DNA of 64,000 nucleotides from the human T2T-CHM13v2.0 reference genome, Homo sapiens: the NCBI RefSeq assembly GCF_009914755.1, contig NC_060940.1; one strand, 5' to 3'. Under the pieces are notes generated by a model that was not told the origin of the DNA, made no database searches, and worked only from the letters and a program-made list of their open reading frames with translations. The position numbers and the translations under genes are program-made. Each line of letters opens with the position of its first letter. Position 1 is the stretch's first letter. This document shows, piece by piece, positions 47,231 through 61,750 of this stretch.

Positions 47231-48289
47231 TTCTTTGCATTTTGTAGAACAGCAAAATGGGAGGAGCTTAAACCACCTTGCAATATTGTCAAGAGAATAA
47301 AACAAGAAATCGTATAGAATGAGCAAAGCTGCCAATTCTCCCTTAGGAAGAATAGCAAATATTTACCATGATTCTTCATGGCCAAGTCACAGAAAAAGTT
47401 GAATGGCCAGTATATTATAGCGATTAAGGACATGGCTCTATAGTCAAACTACAAGGATTTTATAAATCCTGGCCTTACTGCTGATTTACGATCTGCAGGT
47501 CCTCGGGCAGGCTTGTCATAACCTCACGTAACCACACCACTTTCCTTATAAATAGAGTGAGGATAATAGCCATCAGTCTGTTGGGCTATCAAGAGAATTA
47601 AGATCATATACATAAAGCATTTAGCTTAGTGTTTGGCTCATAGGGCTCACATACCATCAACTCATTAGCATAGCTGGACAATTTTAACCTCAGTAAGAAA
47701 AGGAAGTCTCAAAAGATTACAGTGACAAGTACATATTTCAAAAACTTTAAACTTCACTATAAAGTAAAAACAGAAGTTGTAAGAAATCCTTGAACTTGGA
47801 CTCTGGACTGTTTCCCAATAACACATGCTAATGTGATAGCTAAGTCACTGAGCCTGCAGTGCAAATCCTGTTGCATCTCCTTAAAAAATCCTGAAACAAG
47901 TACAGGAGCCCTGCCCTTCACCTTCAGGAGTAGAGAATTTGATGCCGTAGTGCTACAGGTCCACATTGACATTTGATTTCTCCAGGAGGGGGAAAAAAAA
48001 ACGTATTTGGTCATAAAGAAGCCATGAGTTATTTGTTAGATGAGGGTGGGCACCCTATTTTGCTTTTATGAAGCTTTCCTGGGAGAAAAAACTCTGCTAC
48101 ATTTTTAGTACCTAAATAGGGGATGCATCAGGATTGGAGGCAGTAAAAATAGCAGTTACCAACAGCAGCTCTCTCCGGTCTACAATATCATAGAGGATTT
48201 CTATTTCCTACATTATTTGCTTTTATAATCTATGGATTTGTAGAATGTACATGCATCACTGTGCACGTAATCCAGAAAACAAAAAACAT

Positions 48290-48350
48290 ATGTGTATGTG
48301 TATGTATATATGCACGTGTATGCACGTGTGTGTGTGTGTGTGTGTGTGTG
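48290..48350 (+). repeat. (TG)n / (TA)n microsatellite
   Basis: Seen directly. Confidence 0.9.
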
Positions 48351-49066
48351 AGTAGCTGGAGCATCTCTGGACCTCCAAGAGGGCTGATGAGAGCCCCAGA
48401 AAGGCTCCCCAGAAAGCCTAAGGGAGTGTTTCTCAAACTTCAGTTGTACCTCAGAATCCTAGGAGACTTGTGAAAAGCCAACACAATTGCAGACTAAAGC
48501 CCTCCCAGAGATTCTGATCTACGGAGACTGCCATTGCCTAGGAATCTGCATTTTTATGTACAGCAGCCCCAGGCGATTCTGCTGCATTTTGAAAAGTGCT
48601 GGTTAGGACCCGGGCCTCTCCTGTGATGGAAATGATCTGAGACTGCACAGCCCAGTGTCATCTCACCATGACAGGGGAGGCCCTGTTCTATACCTGGGTC
48701 TGTAGGTCAGGAGTGTGGGATGGCTCATGGGAAGGGGAGAAAGAGCTTGCAACTAAGATGTTCCAATACATTTTTAAAAATTAGATGCTAAATTTATAAA
48801 AATATACAGATCTACAGTTGCATGAAAAGCTTTTTCTCAATCCTATCTGTGAATTTCTATGGCAATGGAAATAAATTCATTTGAGGATAAAGGGGAAAGT
48901 CTAAGTGTCAGACCTTTTGTGAAAGAGACCTCACCTTCTGCCTCCCTCCCTTCCCCCTCTTCCGCCGCCATGACAAGCCCCAGCCTAAAAGGACATTCAA
49001 GGCTCCTCCCAGAAGGCTCCCAGCCAGCCAGCAACCGGGTACCAAGCTTGGACTTGGCGTCAGCCT

Positions 49067-49084
49067 CCTGCCACCTAGTGGTCA
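49067..49084 (-). promoter_or_regulatory. CTCF motif
   Basis: Minus strand reads TGACCACTAGGTGGCAGG; core CCACTAGGTGGCAG fits the consensus exactly. Confidence 0.75.
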
Positions 49085-49349
49085 GTCCGGGACACACAGC
49101 TAATTTATCTTAATTTCCACTCCACTCTCATTGGTTGATCCAGCGGACATTTGTCTAGCTCCTGTAATGTTGCCAGGCAATTTGCTGGGCTATGGAGGTA
49201 ACAACGACTTCGTCTTATAGCGCTGAAAGGAATGTGCTGGCATTAGTTAAATCATTCCCAATGGTGAAACTGAGGCCTGGAGGCAGGGAGTATGGCTTAC
49301 ACAGGGTTCTGCATCAACTCTGATAACTCGCTTAAAATATCCTTTTCTC

Positions 49350-49625
49350 AGCCAGGCGCAGTGGGTCACTCCTGTAATCCCAGCCCTTTGGGAGCCCAAA
49401 GCAGGGGAGGACTGCTTGAGGCCAGGAGTTCAAGGCCAGCCTGGCCAACATGGTGTAACCCCCTCTCTACTACAAATGCAAAAATTAGCCAGGCGTGGTG
49501 GTGCATGCCTGTAATCTCAGCTACTCGGGAGGCTAAGGCACGAGACTCACTTGACCCTGGGATGCAGAGGTTCCAGTGAGCTGAGATCACTCCACTGCAC
49601 TCCAGCCTGGACGACTGAGCGAAAC
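49350..49625 (+). mobile_element. Alu (AluS/J) lacking its A tail
   Basis: Dimer body runs directly into an MLT-like fragment. Confidence 0.88.
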
Positions 49626-50852
49626 TGAGCAGGGGATAAGCTAAGCCCAGACTCTTGACCTGTAGAAACTCATCATGAATATGATCATATCATAAACAAG
49701 CCTCAGAGTTTGTGGTCATTTGTTACACAAATAGGAAACTAAAAAAAATTCAATAAATACTGAAAACGAGAGAGATGAGAGCGGGAAAGTAGAAAGTGAG
49801 GGAAATGGCAGAGGAAAAACAGTAAGTAGGTGGGTCCATTCTGTAAGGTATTTATTTGATTTTAGCACCAATGAACTCAGGAGGTCGAAAGATGTAACAC
49901 TGTTTCACCCTCTCTGTGGGGGTGAGATGGGATGTGAACCTTCAGCACCAGTGACTGTCTCTTCAGCAAGCTCAGCAGGGAGGAAATAAAGTCCTATTGA
50001 TAGTTCTGATGCTTAAGCCCCAGAGAAGCCTCCAGCCCAGAGATAAGTAAGCTTCTCTGGGTGTTCATATGTGGTTCACTTGTCTGCCTGTAGAACACTG
50101 GAACAGGAGCTGTTCATCTCCACCCAAACCACTAAGAATGCATTTCTCACAACTCAGGTTTTGTATCTACGTGGAAAAAAAAAATGCTGGGCAGAAAAAA
50201 AGCTGTATGATCTTCCTTGGGTGAAAATAAATTTTATCTCAGATACTAGTGGACATTAATTAAAAATTCATGGAATAGCTCTCAAGAGAGAAGATGTCAG
50301 TAAACATTAGAATATAAGCTCTATGAGGGCAGGGATATTTGTCAGTCAGGTTTACTCTTGTATCTTTGCACCTAGGACACTTTCTGGCACATAGTGGGGC
50401 CACCCGATATTTAACAGATAAACAAATCTGAAAGAGGGTGGATAGAGGGGCTGCTGCAGTCTAGTCAAAACTAATCAGGGTCCTCTCTACTCATCGCCCA
50501 GCAAACCAGGTCTGATCGAATATCTTCCTGTCACCTCTACCTACCTACTCTCAACTTGACAAGCCTTGAGGGAAATGGCGTTATTCCAGAGGAAGCAGGA
50601 AGCAGTATGAGTCCTAAATTGTGACTGTGAGCCACAGTTATATCACCATACTCAGGCCCCATCTCCAGGAGTGTCTGATTAATATTTAACCAAGCATTGT
50701 CAGGTCTATAAAGTAAAGGAGAAACCCAATTCTCATCTTTGGACTTCCATTCAGAGTGGAACATTTCATTTGCTAAACAGCCAATACCTTGCTTTATTAG
50801 ACAGTTGTGCTCAACAAGTCCATTCAACATCTGTAGGATGCATTTATAAATA

Positions 50853-51147
50853 CACCGAGCTCAGCGGCTCACACCTGTAACCTCAGCACTTTTGGACGCC
50901 AAGACAGAAGGGTCATTTGAAGCCAGGAGTGTGAGATAAGCCTGGGCAAAAAAGTGAGACCTCACGTCTGTAAAAAAAATATTTTTTTTTAGATTAGCCA
51001 GGCATGGTGTCACATCCCTGTAGTCCCAGCTACTCAAGAGGCTGAGGTGGGAGGATTGCTTGAGGCCAGAGGTTGAGGCTACAGGGAGTTATGATTACGC
51101 CACTGCACTCCAACCTGGATTAGAGCAAGACCGTTTCAAAAAAAAAT
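50853..51147 (+). mobile_element. Alu (AluJ-like)
   Basis: Diverged dimer. Confidence 0.88.
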
Positions 51148-51577
51148 TAGTGGAAAACCAGAATTTGACTTTGTCACGATGGTTCCTAATGACTAGAAGT
51201 AACAAAAAACAGCAAGAGGGAGAGTAGAGGAGGAGAATGAACTTGGAGTCATGTGTGCCAGATGCCATATCCTCAGCCATGAATCAGACCCACTCTGATA
51301 TCAGATCCCATTTCTGAAAGGTGTGGTCTAGTAAAAAATACAGGCACTGTTAAATTACAAATTACACAAAGTACAGTGCTTAGTGTTTCAAAGAGAAAGT
51401 ATCCAGTACTCCATGTCCCCCTAAAGTTTATAAGAAAGTTCTGACGGTCAGCAGAGTCCTTCCTGAAAAGGTTGAAATCTAATGGATTTTGTCTGGTAAA
51501 GACTCTACAGCAAACCTTACTGACTACCTATCTAAAAGCTGCCCCTGCTGATTCTCTTGTTAACAGAAAACTTGGTA

Positions 51578-51897
51578 TTTTTGTTTGTTTGTTTGTTTGT
51601 TTGTTTGTTTGAGATGGAGTTTCACTCTTGTAGCCCAGGCTGGAGTATAGCAGTGTGATCCTGGCTCACTGCCACCTCCACTTCCGGGGTTCAAGCAGTT
51701 CTCTTGCCTCAGCCTCCCCAGTAGCTGGGATTACAGGCGCCCGCCCCCATGCCTGGCTAATTTTTTGTGTGTTTTCAGTAGAGACGGTGTTTTCTCATGT
51801 TGGCCAGGCTGGTCTTGAACTCCTGACCTCAGGTGATCTGCCTGCCTCGGCTTCCCAAAGTGCTGGGATTACAGGCATGAGCCATGGGTGCCGGGCC
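51578..51897 (-). mobile_element. Alu (AluS) with (TTTG)n tail
   Basis: Antisense dimer. Confidence 0.92.
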
Positions 51898-52323
51898 CAG
51901 AACATCTGTTTTGTTCAAGTATCTGGTACTTTTTTGCGCTCAGAAAATGTTCTCCTGGCCCCAGTCTAGGAATGACCCTGTGGCCCAATTTTGACCAATG
52001 AAACATTAAGGGGAAATCCGCTAGGGGGCATCTGAGAGCAAGTTCCCTCTCTAATAAGAGGGAGGTATGTGAGCACCATCTTTCCTTCCCATTAATACCC
52101 CCTGCTCCCTCCTTTCAAAGTGATGCTGTGAAGACGTGACACTTGGAGGTGCTGCAGCCATCTTGTGACTGAGGGGGAAGCAATAGAAATTGCAAAGATA
52201 CTAATTCAGTACCCAAATGTAAAGCCACTGGGCCCACACTAGAATGAACTACCCTCTCTCTCTAAATATCTTCTTATATGAGAAAAATATACCCCCATTT
52301 GTTCAACATGGTGTTAACTGGAT

Positions 52324-52642
52324 TTCTTTTCTTTTTTTCTTTTTCTTTTTTTTTTTTTTTTGAGATGGAGTCTCTCTCTGTTGCCCAGGCTGGAGTGCAG
52401 TGGTGCAATCTTGACTCACTGCAACGTCCACCTCCTGGGTTTAAGCAATTCTTGTGCCTCAGCCTCCTGAGTGGCTTGGATTACAGGTACCCGCCATCAT
52501 GCTCGGCCAATTTTTGTGTTTTTAGTAGAGACAGGGTTTTACCATGTTGGTTAGGCTGGTCTCAAACTCCTGACCTCAAGTGATCCACCCACCTCAGCTT
52601 GTCAAAGTGCTGGGATTACAGGCATGAGCCACCGCCCCGGCC
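52324..52642 (-). mobile_element. Alu (AluS)
   Basis: Antisense dimer. Confidence 0.92.
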
Positions 52643-52821
52643 TGATTTTCTTTACAGCAGTACATACAACTAACCGATTCAGATTTGTAGCATGACTGTC
52701 AGGATTTTAGAAATGAGTTTTGTATCTATTGTTAGATAACAAACAAGCCTAAAACTCAGAGCCAAAAATACAATCATTTGTTCACAATTTTGGGATCTAA
52801 TGCTGTGTAACAATTACCCCT

Positions 52822-53125
52822 AGGCCAAGTGCAGTGTCTCATACCTGTAATCCCAGTGCTTTAGGAGGCTGAGGGGGAAGGATTGCTTGAGGCCAGGAGA
52901 TCGAGAGCAGCCCGGGTAACATAGGGAGACCACGTTTCTAACAAAAAACTTAAAAAAAAAAAATTAGCCAGGCGTGATGGTGGACACTTGTAGTCCTAGC
53001 TACTCTGGAGGCTGCAGGAGGAGGATCGTGTGAGCCCAGCAGCTAAAGGTTGCAGTGAGCTATGATCGCACCACTACACTTCAGCCTGGAAAACAGAATG
53101 AGACCGTGTCTCTAAAAAAAAAAAA
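52822..53125 (+). mobile_element. Alu (AluJ-like) within an MLT1 LTR
   Basis: Diverged dimer; MLT sequence continues on both sides. Confidence 0.88.
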
Positions 53126-53514
53126 TTATTCCAAACTTTGGCAACTCAAAATAATGATCAACATCTAGTGTCTTCTAAGGGTCAGGAGTTTGGGAGTGGT
53201 TTAGCTGGGTGGTTCTGGCTGAATGTCCGCTGGCTTCCCCCAGGGCAAGCAATCCAAGAGAGACAAGTGGAAGTTGCAATACTTTTTATGACGTTATCTT
53301 GGAGGTCACATACTCCCATTTGCACAATATCCTATCCATTACACAGGTCATCCCTGTTCAGTGTAAGAGGAGACTATGTAAGTATGAATGAATATCAAGA
53401 AGTAAGGAGCAGTCATTGGGAACCATCTGGAAGTGGGTCACCACCACCTACCCTCTAATGCTGTGTCACACAGGACTCAGGGAAACAAAGCGCATCAGGA
53501 GATACACATGTGTG

Positions 53515-53550
<36 letters not shown>

Positions 53551-53553
<3 letters not shown>

Positions 53554-53855
53554 TATTTTTTAAACTCCATTTTGTTTTTTGAGACAGAGTCCCACTCTGT
53601 TGCCCAGACTGGAGTACAGTGGCATGATCTCGGTCAGCTCCCTGCAACCTCCACCTCCCCAGTTCAAGTGATTCTCATGCCTCAGCCTCCAGAGTAGCTG
53701 GGATTACAGGTGCACACCACCACACCTACTTTTTTTATGTTTTTAGTAGAGACAGGGTTTCGCCATGTTTCCCAGGCTGGTCTCCAACTCCTTGGCTCAG
53801 GCAATCCGCCCGCCTTGACCTCCGAAAGTGCTGGAATTGCAGGTGTGTGCCGAGC
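53551..53855 (-). mobile_element. Alu flanked on both sides by (CA)n
   Basis: (CA)n-cttta occurs at ~53518-53555 and ~53855-53879. Confidence 0.88.
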
Positions 53856-54326
53856 ACACACACACACACACACACTTTAAAGGGTTTATTACAGGGATTT
53901 GACCCTGTGTAATTGTGCATACCGGTTAAACAGTCTATAAACTGCTACCTATGAAGCTCTAATGCTGGCACTTGGGGTCCACAGGGCCAGCCATGGAGAT
54001 GGGCACCTCTCACAGCATCCTGCTTTGGTATCTTGCAAGGAAAGCTGGTGGCTCACCTTAACTGGACACACACAGGGAAGTCTGGGACACAGCTGAGCAT
54101 CGCCAAGTGACACTTTCCAAAGCCACTGAAGATGTTTACCCTTCGTAGAGTCGTGGCTGGGACAGGCACAAAGACAAGTCGGGAGAGCTGCCAGTGTCCA
54201 GCTTGCTTTATAGCTAGGTCTAGAGGCGCATTCCTATTTATGTTATGAAAAATCAGAAAGTGATATGCTTCCAATTTGGAAACGTTTCTGTTTATATTTC
54301 AATAAAACGTCTATTTAAAACATTGA

Positions 54327-54696
<370 letters not shown>

Positions 54697-54785
54697 TCAA
54701 AGGAACCACTATTATTTTGACCTATCCCTACCATACAGATACTCATCTGCACACATCCCTCACCCATGGCTCTCTACCGCCTGCA

Positions 54786-55087
54786 TTTTTTTTCTTGAGA
54801 CGGAGTCTTGCTCTGTGGCCCAGGCTGGAGTGCAATCACGCTATCTCAGCTCACTGCAACCTCTGCCCTCCCAGGTTCAAGCAATTCGCCTGTCTCAGTC
54901 TCCAGAGTAGCTGGGACTAACAGGTACACGCCACCATACCCACCTAATTATTTTGTGTTTTTTACTAGAGACGGAGTTTCACCATATTGGTCAGGCTGGT
55001 CTCGAAGAATTCCTGCCCTCAGCTGATCCACCCACCTTGGCCTCCCAAAGGGCTGTGATTACAGGCGTGAGCCACCACGCCGAGCCC
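54786..55087 (-). mobile_element. Alu (AluS)
   Basis: TSD-like cctgcatt. Confidence 0.9.
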
Positions 55088-55260
55088 CTGCATTCTTTTG
55101 TATGAACTGCTTTTCCCCTTTGGAAATATTCCATGGGTATTTTCTGTGTTAATCAACGTTCTTTTATAGCAGAATTTTAATGATGGCTTAAAAGTCCAAT
55201 ATATTAATCCCCTTTTAGTAATATCCTTTTAATTTTTGATTAGAAATAATTCTTTTTCTG

Positions 55261-55550
55261 AGCTGGGCACGGTGGCTCACGCCTGTAATCCCAGCACTTT
55301 GGGAGACCGAGGCAGGTGGATCACGAGGTCAGGAGTTCAACACCAGCCTGACCAAGATGGTGAAACCCCGTCTCTACTAAAAAAACATGAAAATTAGCTG
55401 GGCGTGGTGGCTGGCACCTGTAATCCCAGCTACTTGGGAGGCTGAGAAAGAGAATCGCTTGAACCCAGGAGGGAGAGTTTGCAGTGAGCTGAGATCATGC
55501 CACTGCACTCTAGCCTGGGCAACAAGAGCGAGACTCCATCTCAAAAAAAA
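55261..55550 (+). mobile_element. Alu (AluSg-like)
   Basis: TSD agaaataattctttttct. Confidence 0.92.
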
Positions 55551-56302
55551 GAAATAATTCTTTTTCTGGTTCCTGCTAAACTACCATGAATAAAGCCAGG
55601 CCAGAGGCTGTCTTTGCTTCTTTATTTTCAGTAAGGGACACTCAAGGCAAGTACTAGGTTTTTCAACAATAATCCGAGCTATCTGGTATATATTTTGGAG
55701 GGTGGCCCAAGTCTCGCTGGGCAGAAATAAATTATAGAAAGAAGCCAGGCATGGTGAATGTGGGTCTTTCAGGGACATCAGCCTGTCTCCTGGACTTGCT
55801 GTCTCCACACCTAACTGGCCCGGCTCTGCGAGTGTTTCCTGTCTGGTTTCCATTTGAAGAAACCCTTTAGCGAAAAACAGCATCCAGTGCAAATTGGACA
55901 GTCCCTCTGCTGATCAGGGAAAAGCGAACGCTGAAAAAAACTCCTGAGATGAAAACGAGACACTAATAAAACACTGACTCCTAAGCTGTTTACCAGACAT
56001 TCAAAATGGATGTGCTGGTGGTTTCCTGAAAGGAAAGAATAGTTGTCTCATATTCTGAACCCCGGCAGGCTCTCGCCTCTGAGAAAAAGCAATGTGTTCC
56101 AGATACCAGTAACTCTCCATTAAGCCTGCCATCTTCCTCCTAGCCTGCAAGGGCCTCTCAACACATCTGAGAGGAAATATAAAATTGAAATCTACCTCTT
56201 ACATTTTTTTTTCCTGGTGGGAAAATTGGCATTTCCCTTTTTAAAATACAGTTACGTATGATGGTGACATTTGGGGCATTATTCGATTATATCAGGGAGC
56301 AC

Positions 56303-56611
56303 AGGCCAGGCACTGTGGCTCACGCCTATAATTCCAGCATTTTGGGAAGCCGAGATGGACAGATCACTTGAGGTCAGGAGTTTGAGACCAGCCTGGCCAA
56401 CAAGGCGAAACCCCATCTCTACTAAAAATAAAAAAAAAAAAAAAAAAAAAAAAAAGATTAGCTGGGTGTGGTGGTACATGCCTGTAATCCCAGCTACTCA
56501 GGAGGCTGAGGCAGGAGAATTGCTAGAATCTTGGAGGCAGAGGTTGCAGTGAGCCAAGATCACGCCACTGCACTCCAGCCTGGGCGACAGAGTGAGACTC
56601 CATCTCGAAAA

Positions 56612-56676
<65 letters not shown>
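56303..56676 (+). mobile_element. Alu (AluS) with (TAA)n microsatellite tail
   Basis: TSD tatcaggga(g/a)caca. Confidence 0.93.
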
Positions 56677-56677
<1 letters not shown>

Positions 56678-58239
56678 TGTATCAGGGAACACAAAACTCC
56701 CTAAATCCTGCCTTGGCCCATCTAACCCTCTTCCTCCACGCACAGGGACAATGGTGAATGGACACACAGACCAGCTATGCTGGTACAGAGCTTGTGCCCC
56801 AAACCCCACTGCAGAGAACTGTGCAGTGTGTGCTGGGCTGGAACAGAGTATCTCCCCAAATTTAGGAGCCTCTGCATCTTTCTAAGTCTAAACTTGTATT
56901 TCAGGACCTTATCACCATCCATTCAGTTGCAGAAACAGAGAGATCAGAAGGAATGCCCAAAGAGGAAGAGCTGGCTGTTCCCAGCAAAGCCCTTTTAAGA
57001 GCCAGTGACTCCCCCTGCTTATCCATGTGGCCCAATCACTATCCTAAAAATTGACCTAATCCAATCAGTGTCCCTTCCTCTTGGGAAGGAGACAGGCTAA
57101 GACCTCCTCTTTCCCATCAACCATAAAATTGGCAATATTCACTTCCGTTGGCCCAGTAATTATTACTTACTCATGCTTAATACAGGCTAGACATTGTTCT
57201 GAGTAGGTACCTTATAAGCATCATTATGTTTAAGCCCCCAATAGCCCTATACTTTAAATCCTACTATTGCCCCTATTTGGTAGATGGGAAAACTTGATGC
57301 AAAAGCCAATGGGGAGCCTAGATTTGATCCCAGATGATCCAGCTCCAGTCTGAGTTAATTAGTAGACTATGCTGCCTTTCAATCAATCCACTTCAAGTAT
57401 CATGTGTCCTAAGGAAATTACCTATAGAAAAAATATTGACACACAACGATGTTCATCTCATCATTTACAATAGAAGCAAAATTAGGAATTAAACAATGGA
57501 GAAGATTAAGTAAAGTAAGGTACATGAAATATACATACATTAAAATGATGTGCAATTACCTGCATTGTCAGCAGACTAACAGTTGTAAACATGTAGCTAC
57601 TGCTCATCAACGGAAAGCTTATGTATAATACAGAGAGTAGGGTTCCTGTCAGCCTTCAGCCAGCTTCCTACCACCCCAATAACATTAGGAGAGAATCAGG
57701 AGGCAGGGTTTCCAGCACAGCCTCTAGGAGAACTCACTAAATAGACAGTTATCCCCAACCTTGACAAAAACTTCCAACCAGGATGAAAACCATTCAACAC
57801 TCCCAACTATTTAATGAATATTGTTAGCACTTTTTATGGGGCAAGCGTTGTTCCAAGAAATTTCGTGTGTATTCATGGATTTAATCTCTACCTGGCAGGT
57901 AGTTCAGTTATTATCCTCTCTTCCTATGAGATAGGAGGCATGGCAACAGCACACAGCTGAGAAGCGGGAAAGCCAGGATTCAAACCAAAGTCATCTGGTT
58001 CCCGGGTCTGCAACTTAACCACCACCCCACACAGCCATTCCAGCACAGCCTGCGGTGAGAGCCACCTTCTGCCTGCCTGCCTGTGGGCATGGATGTGTGT
58101 GGCCCTGTGGCCAGCACATTTCTGGCTTGGAGAGTGAGGTACATGCAAGATTGTGAGTCCGGAGATGGGATTACGTAGGGAATGGGTTAGTGGTGGGAAC
58201 TGGGGCTGGAGATTGCAAAAGCACCAATTCCACCCACCA

Positions 58240-59530
58240 CACACCCTTCCCACCTGCTCCCAAAATACAAGCAGACCTCCCTGAACAGAGACATCCATAG
58301 AAAGAACCAAGTATTTGTGTGTGCCTTAAATGGATGATACTAGACACTATTTTGTTCTCTGATGTTATTTTTACTCTATAGTGTGTCTTACGGTCTGTGC
58401 ATGCTGGAACATCTATTTATTTTTATATTTTGAGAGATGGGCTCTCATTCTGTCATTCAGGCCGAAGTACAGTGGCACTATTACAGCTCACTGTAGCCTC
58501 CAACTATTAGACTCAGGTGATCCTCCAACCTTAGCCTCCTGGGTCCGTAGTTAGGGCTACAGACACTCACCACATTGCTCAGCTAATCACAACTTTTTTT
58601 TGAGAGATGGGGTCTTGCTATGTTGCCCAGGCTGGTCTTGAATTTCTGGCTTCAAGTGACCCTCCTTCCTCAGCCTCCTAAGTTGCCAGGATAATAGGTG
58701 CTCGCCACTCCACCTAGGTCATGTTGGAACATCTAGATCTTCCCACTTCTTTGTAATGGCTTCAGAGTTTTCCACAGTAGGAAAATACCAACGGATATTG
58801 AGCCATTCCCTACTGATGGATATGTAAGTTGTTTCCAGCTTCTTCATATTTTAATCCATGTTGCAATAACCACCCTTATACATGCCTTTTTGTATGTGTG
58901 CATGTGAAAATGTTTCTCTGCCAGAAACACCTAGATAGACATAGTAGAGGATAAGCATACACATTTTTTGGTTTTATTGTTAGACTTCAAAGTAGCCACA
59001 CTAATTTACATTTGCCCCAACATGGATGAAAATGGTTGTCCTATGTCCTCAGTACTCAATATAATCAAACTCACCACAATCACCACCACCAAAAGATTGA
59101 GACAAAATTATGGAGCTACTGTTTTAACACAGATTTCCTACTTGTTATCAAGATCTTACCATAGTTTTTTTTAAACCCATTTTGATACTGTCTTTTGTGT
59201 ATTGCCTATTTATATTCTTGCCCATTAAAAAAAAAAAAAAATCCTTTCCCAGCCGGGCATGGCGGCTCACGCCTGTAATCCCAGCACTTTGGGAGGCCGA
59301 GGCGGGCAGATCATGAGGTCAGGAGATTGAGACCATCCTGGCTAACACGGTGAAACCTGTCTCTACTAAAAATTCAAAAAATTAGCCAGGCGTGGTGACG
59401 GGCACCTGTAGTACCAGCTACTCAAGAGGTTGAGGCAGTAGAATGGCGTGAACCCAGGAGGCAGAGGTTGCAGTGAGCCAAGATCGTGCCACTGCGCTAC
59501 AGCCTGGGTGACAGAGTCAGACTGTGTCTC

Positions 59531-59564
<34 letters not shown>

Positions 59565-59810
59565 TTCCTTGTATACTCTGAATAATAATTCCTTTTATGT
59601 TACATTGCTAATATTTTCTCCTATGGGTTTTCTTTTTTTGGTTTTAACTTTATAAAAACTTCTGTCATGTCAAGTATTTTAATTTTGATATGGGGAAATT
59701 TCTCAGTTTTTCTTTTATGGGTTTTCCTCTTCATAGGTTGTTTCACAAAGTCTTCTCTACTCCTATGTCATAAAGATGTTTTCCTGTATCATAGGTTTAT
59801 CATTTTAAAG
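58240..59810 (-). mobile_element. Old L1M(E) fragment containing an AluJ (58415-58719, -) and an AluY
   Basis: gccattccctactgatggatatgtaagttgtttccag...ttaattttgat pattern of antisense L1M. Confidence 0.65.
59251..59561 (+). mobile_element. AluY-like
   Basis: ggctaacacggtg, gaatggcgtgaaccc. Confidence 0.92.
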
Positions 59811-60384
59811 TCAACTCTTTAAGATCTACTTGCTATTTTCCTCAGTGCAATCTGGCTTTCACATCTAATGCACTAGAGAAGTTATTGGAAGTCACTTTCT
59901 AAGTCCCAAAACCAAGGTTTATTTTTTTTTTCTATTTTATTTCTTTGATATATTTGCCAGTTCCGTCTCCTCCATCCACCCGAAAAACTTTCATCTTATG
60001 TTCAAAAAAACTGTTTCTTGAATCAGTAGAGGGAAATGCAGTTTTTTTCTAGCTTTCTTGACCGCTAAATCTTTTCTGGCTGCCTTTACTCACCTCTCAA
60101 ATACCTGAATCCCCAGAGATTTGTCTCTGAGCCTACTTTATCTCTCCACATGTGTCCTGGCTTCATATCCATCATCAAGGTTTCCACTATTAGTATATTA
60201 ATCCTCTATTAACAAATACTTGATTCCCCAATGCAACTCTTTCTACCTCATTCACATACCCAACATTTCCAGTCATCAACTAAACAAATACAGCTGCATG
60301 TCCAGTGAAATCCTTAAGACCAACTTGTGCAATACCAAATTTTTTCTACCCTTCCATCCTTCTTCCCATCTGTTGCCTTCCCTT

Positions 60385-60660
60385 TTCTTTTGGAAACAGT
60401 CTTGCTGTGTCACCCAGGCTGGAGTACAGTGGCACAACCTTGGCTCACTGCAACCTCCACCTCCCGGGTGCAAGCAATTCTCGTGTCTCAGCCTCCTGAG
60501 GAGCTGGGATTACAGGTGCATACCACCATGGCTGGCTAATTGTTGTATTTTTAATAGAGATGGGGTTTTGCCATGTTGGCCATGGCTGGTCTCGAACTCC
60601 TAGCCTCAAGGGGGCCTCCCATAGTGCTGGGATTACAGGCATGAGCCACTGTGCCTGGCC
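60385..60660 (-). mobile_element. Alu (AluS/J)
   Basis: Antisense dimer. Confidence 0.9.
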
Positions 60661-61499
60661 TTTTTCTCTTCTTTGTCTTTATTAACCTCAGAACCAAAAG
60701 AAGTGTACATAATGCCTTGAACGAACAATCCATCTAATTACCTGGTTCCTTTTCTTATTTTTTGTGAGAAACAGGGATCTTGGACACAATTTCCTTGGTT
60801 TACCCTTTAAGAACAATTTCTTCAATTTCTCCATGCAGGTTTTCAGGTTCAGGAAGCACTTCCTGGAAAGGTGACTAAAAATCAATCCCTTTTTATGTCA
60901 TTTAAATAGAAAGGAATAGCTTTACTGTTTATTAAGCAGCTCAAGGAGAGCACCAGATGACCTTAGTTCCATCACTCAATTTCCGCCAGCATCAGGGTTG
61001 GAAAATCAGTTCATCCCCAAAAAGGCAAACTTTCCCAATGGTTCACTCTGCAACCTGCAGTCATCTTGCTTCAAGCACAGTTAGAGTCAGCAAGCCTCTG
61101 AATTCTGAGGAAGAACAAGAACACTGTTGTTGTCACCTGAAGGCCAAAAACTGTTTCTACCAAGTCTAAACTTGGGAAGGCCACAGAGAGGAATTAGGAA
61201 GATTTTTCCACTCTGGGCTGCCCTTGCTTTTGGTGAAAGGGAGAGGAATACTGGCTTTTTTTGTATTCTTGGAGTATCTGGCAGCAGGATCAGGCAAAAA
61301 TCACAATAAATTTTATATGTCAGTACACCTAGGAAAAACAGATCAACCAAATGCTTGCCTTCCTTTAAAAATGGACTGTTCACTGCAGTGAGTGCTGGAG
61401 GACAAGGTAGAGGGGACAACCAGATGGGGACAGGCTGGATGCATGGAGAGGAATGGACTTCAGGGTCAAGTTGGTAAGAACTAAGATATTATTTTAACC

Positions 61500-61750
61500 A
61501 TGATAATCATTAGTAGTAATTCCACATATTAAATATCTCTAATGGATATCAGCCATTATCCTAACTGTTCTCAGGGCATCTGTTTAATCTCCCCATCGTT
61601 GCTGGTAAACAGTCTTTATGATCCCCAAGATAGAGGAATATGAGGCTCAGAGAGGTTGGTGAGCTTGCCCAAATCACAGAGCTGGCAAACGAGAGCACCA
61701 CAGTTCAACTCCAGGTCTGTGAGATGTCATTTGTGCATTTTTCCACGACT
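61500..61750 (-). mobile_element. MIR (representative; further MIR fragments near 7.7, 13.9, 19.1, 27.1, 32.6, 35.0, 47.4, 57.2 and 57.9 kb)
   Basis: MIR core gaggctcagagaggtt...cttgcccaaatcacagagct. Confidence 0.7.
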
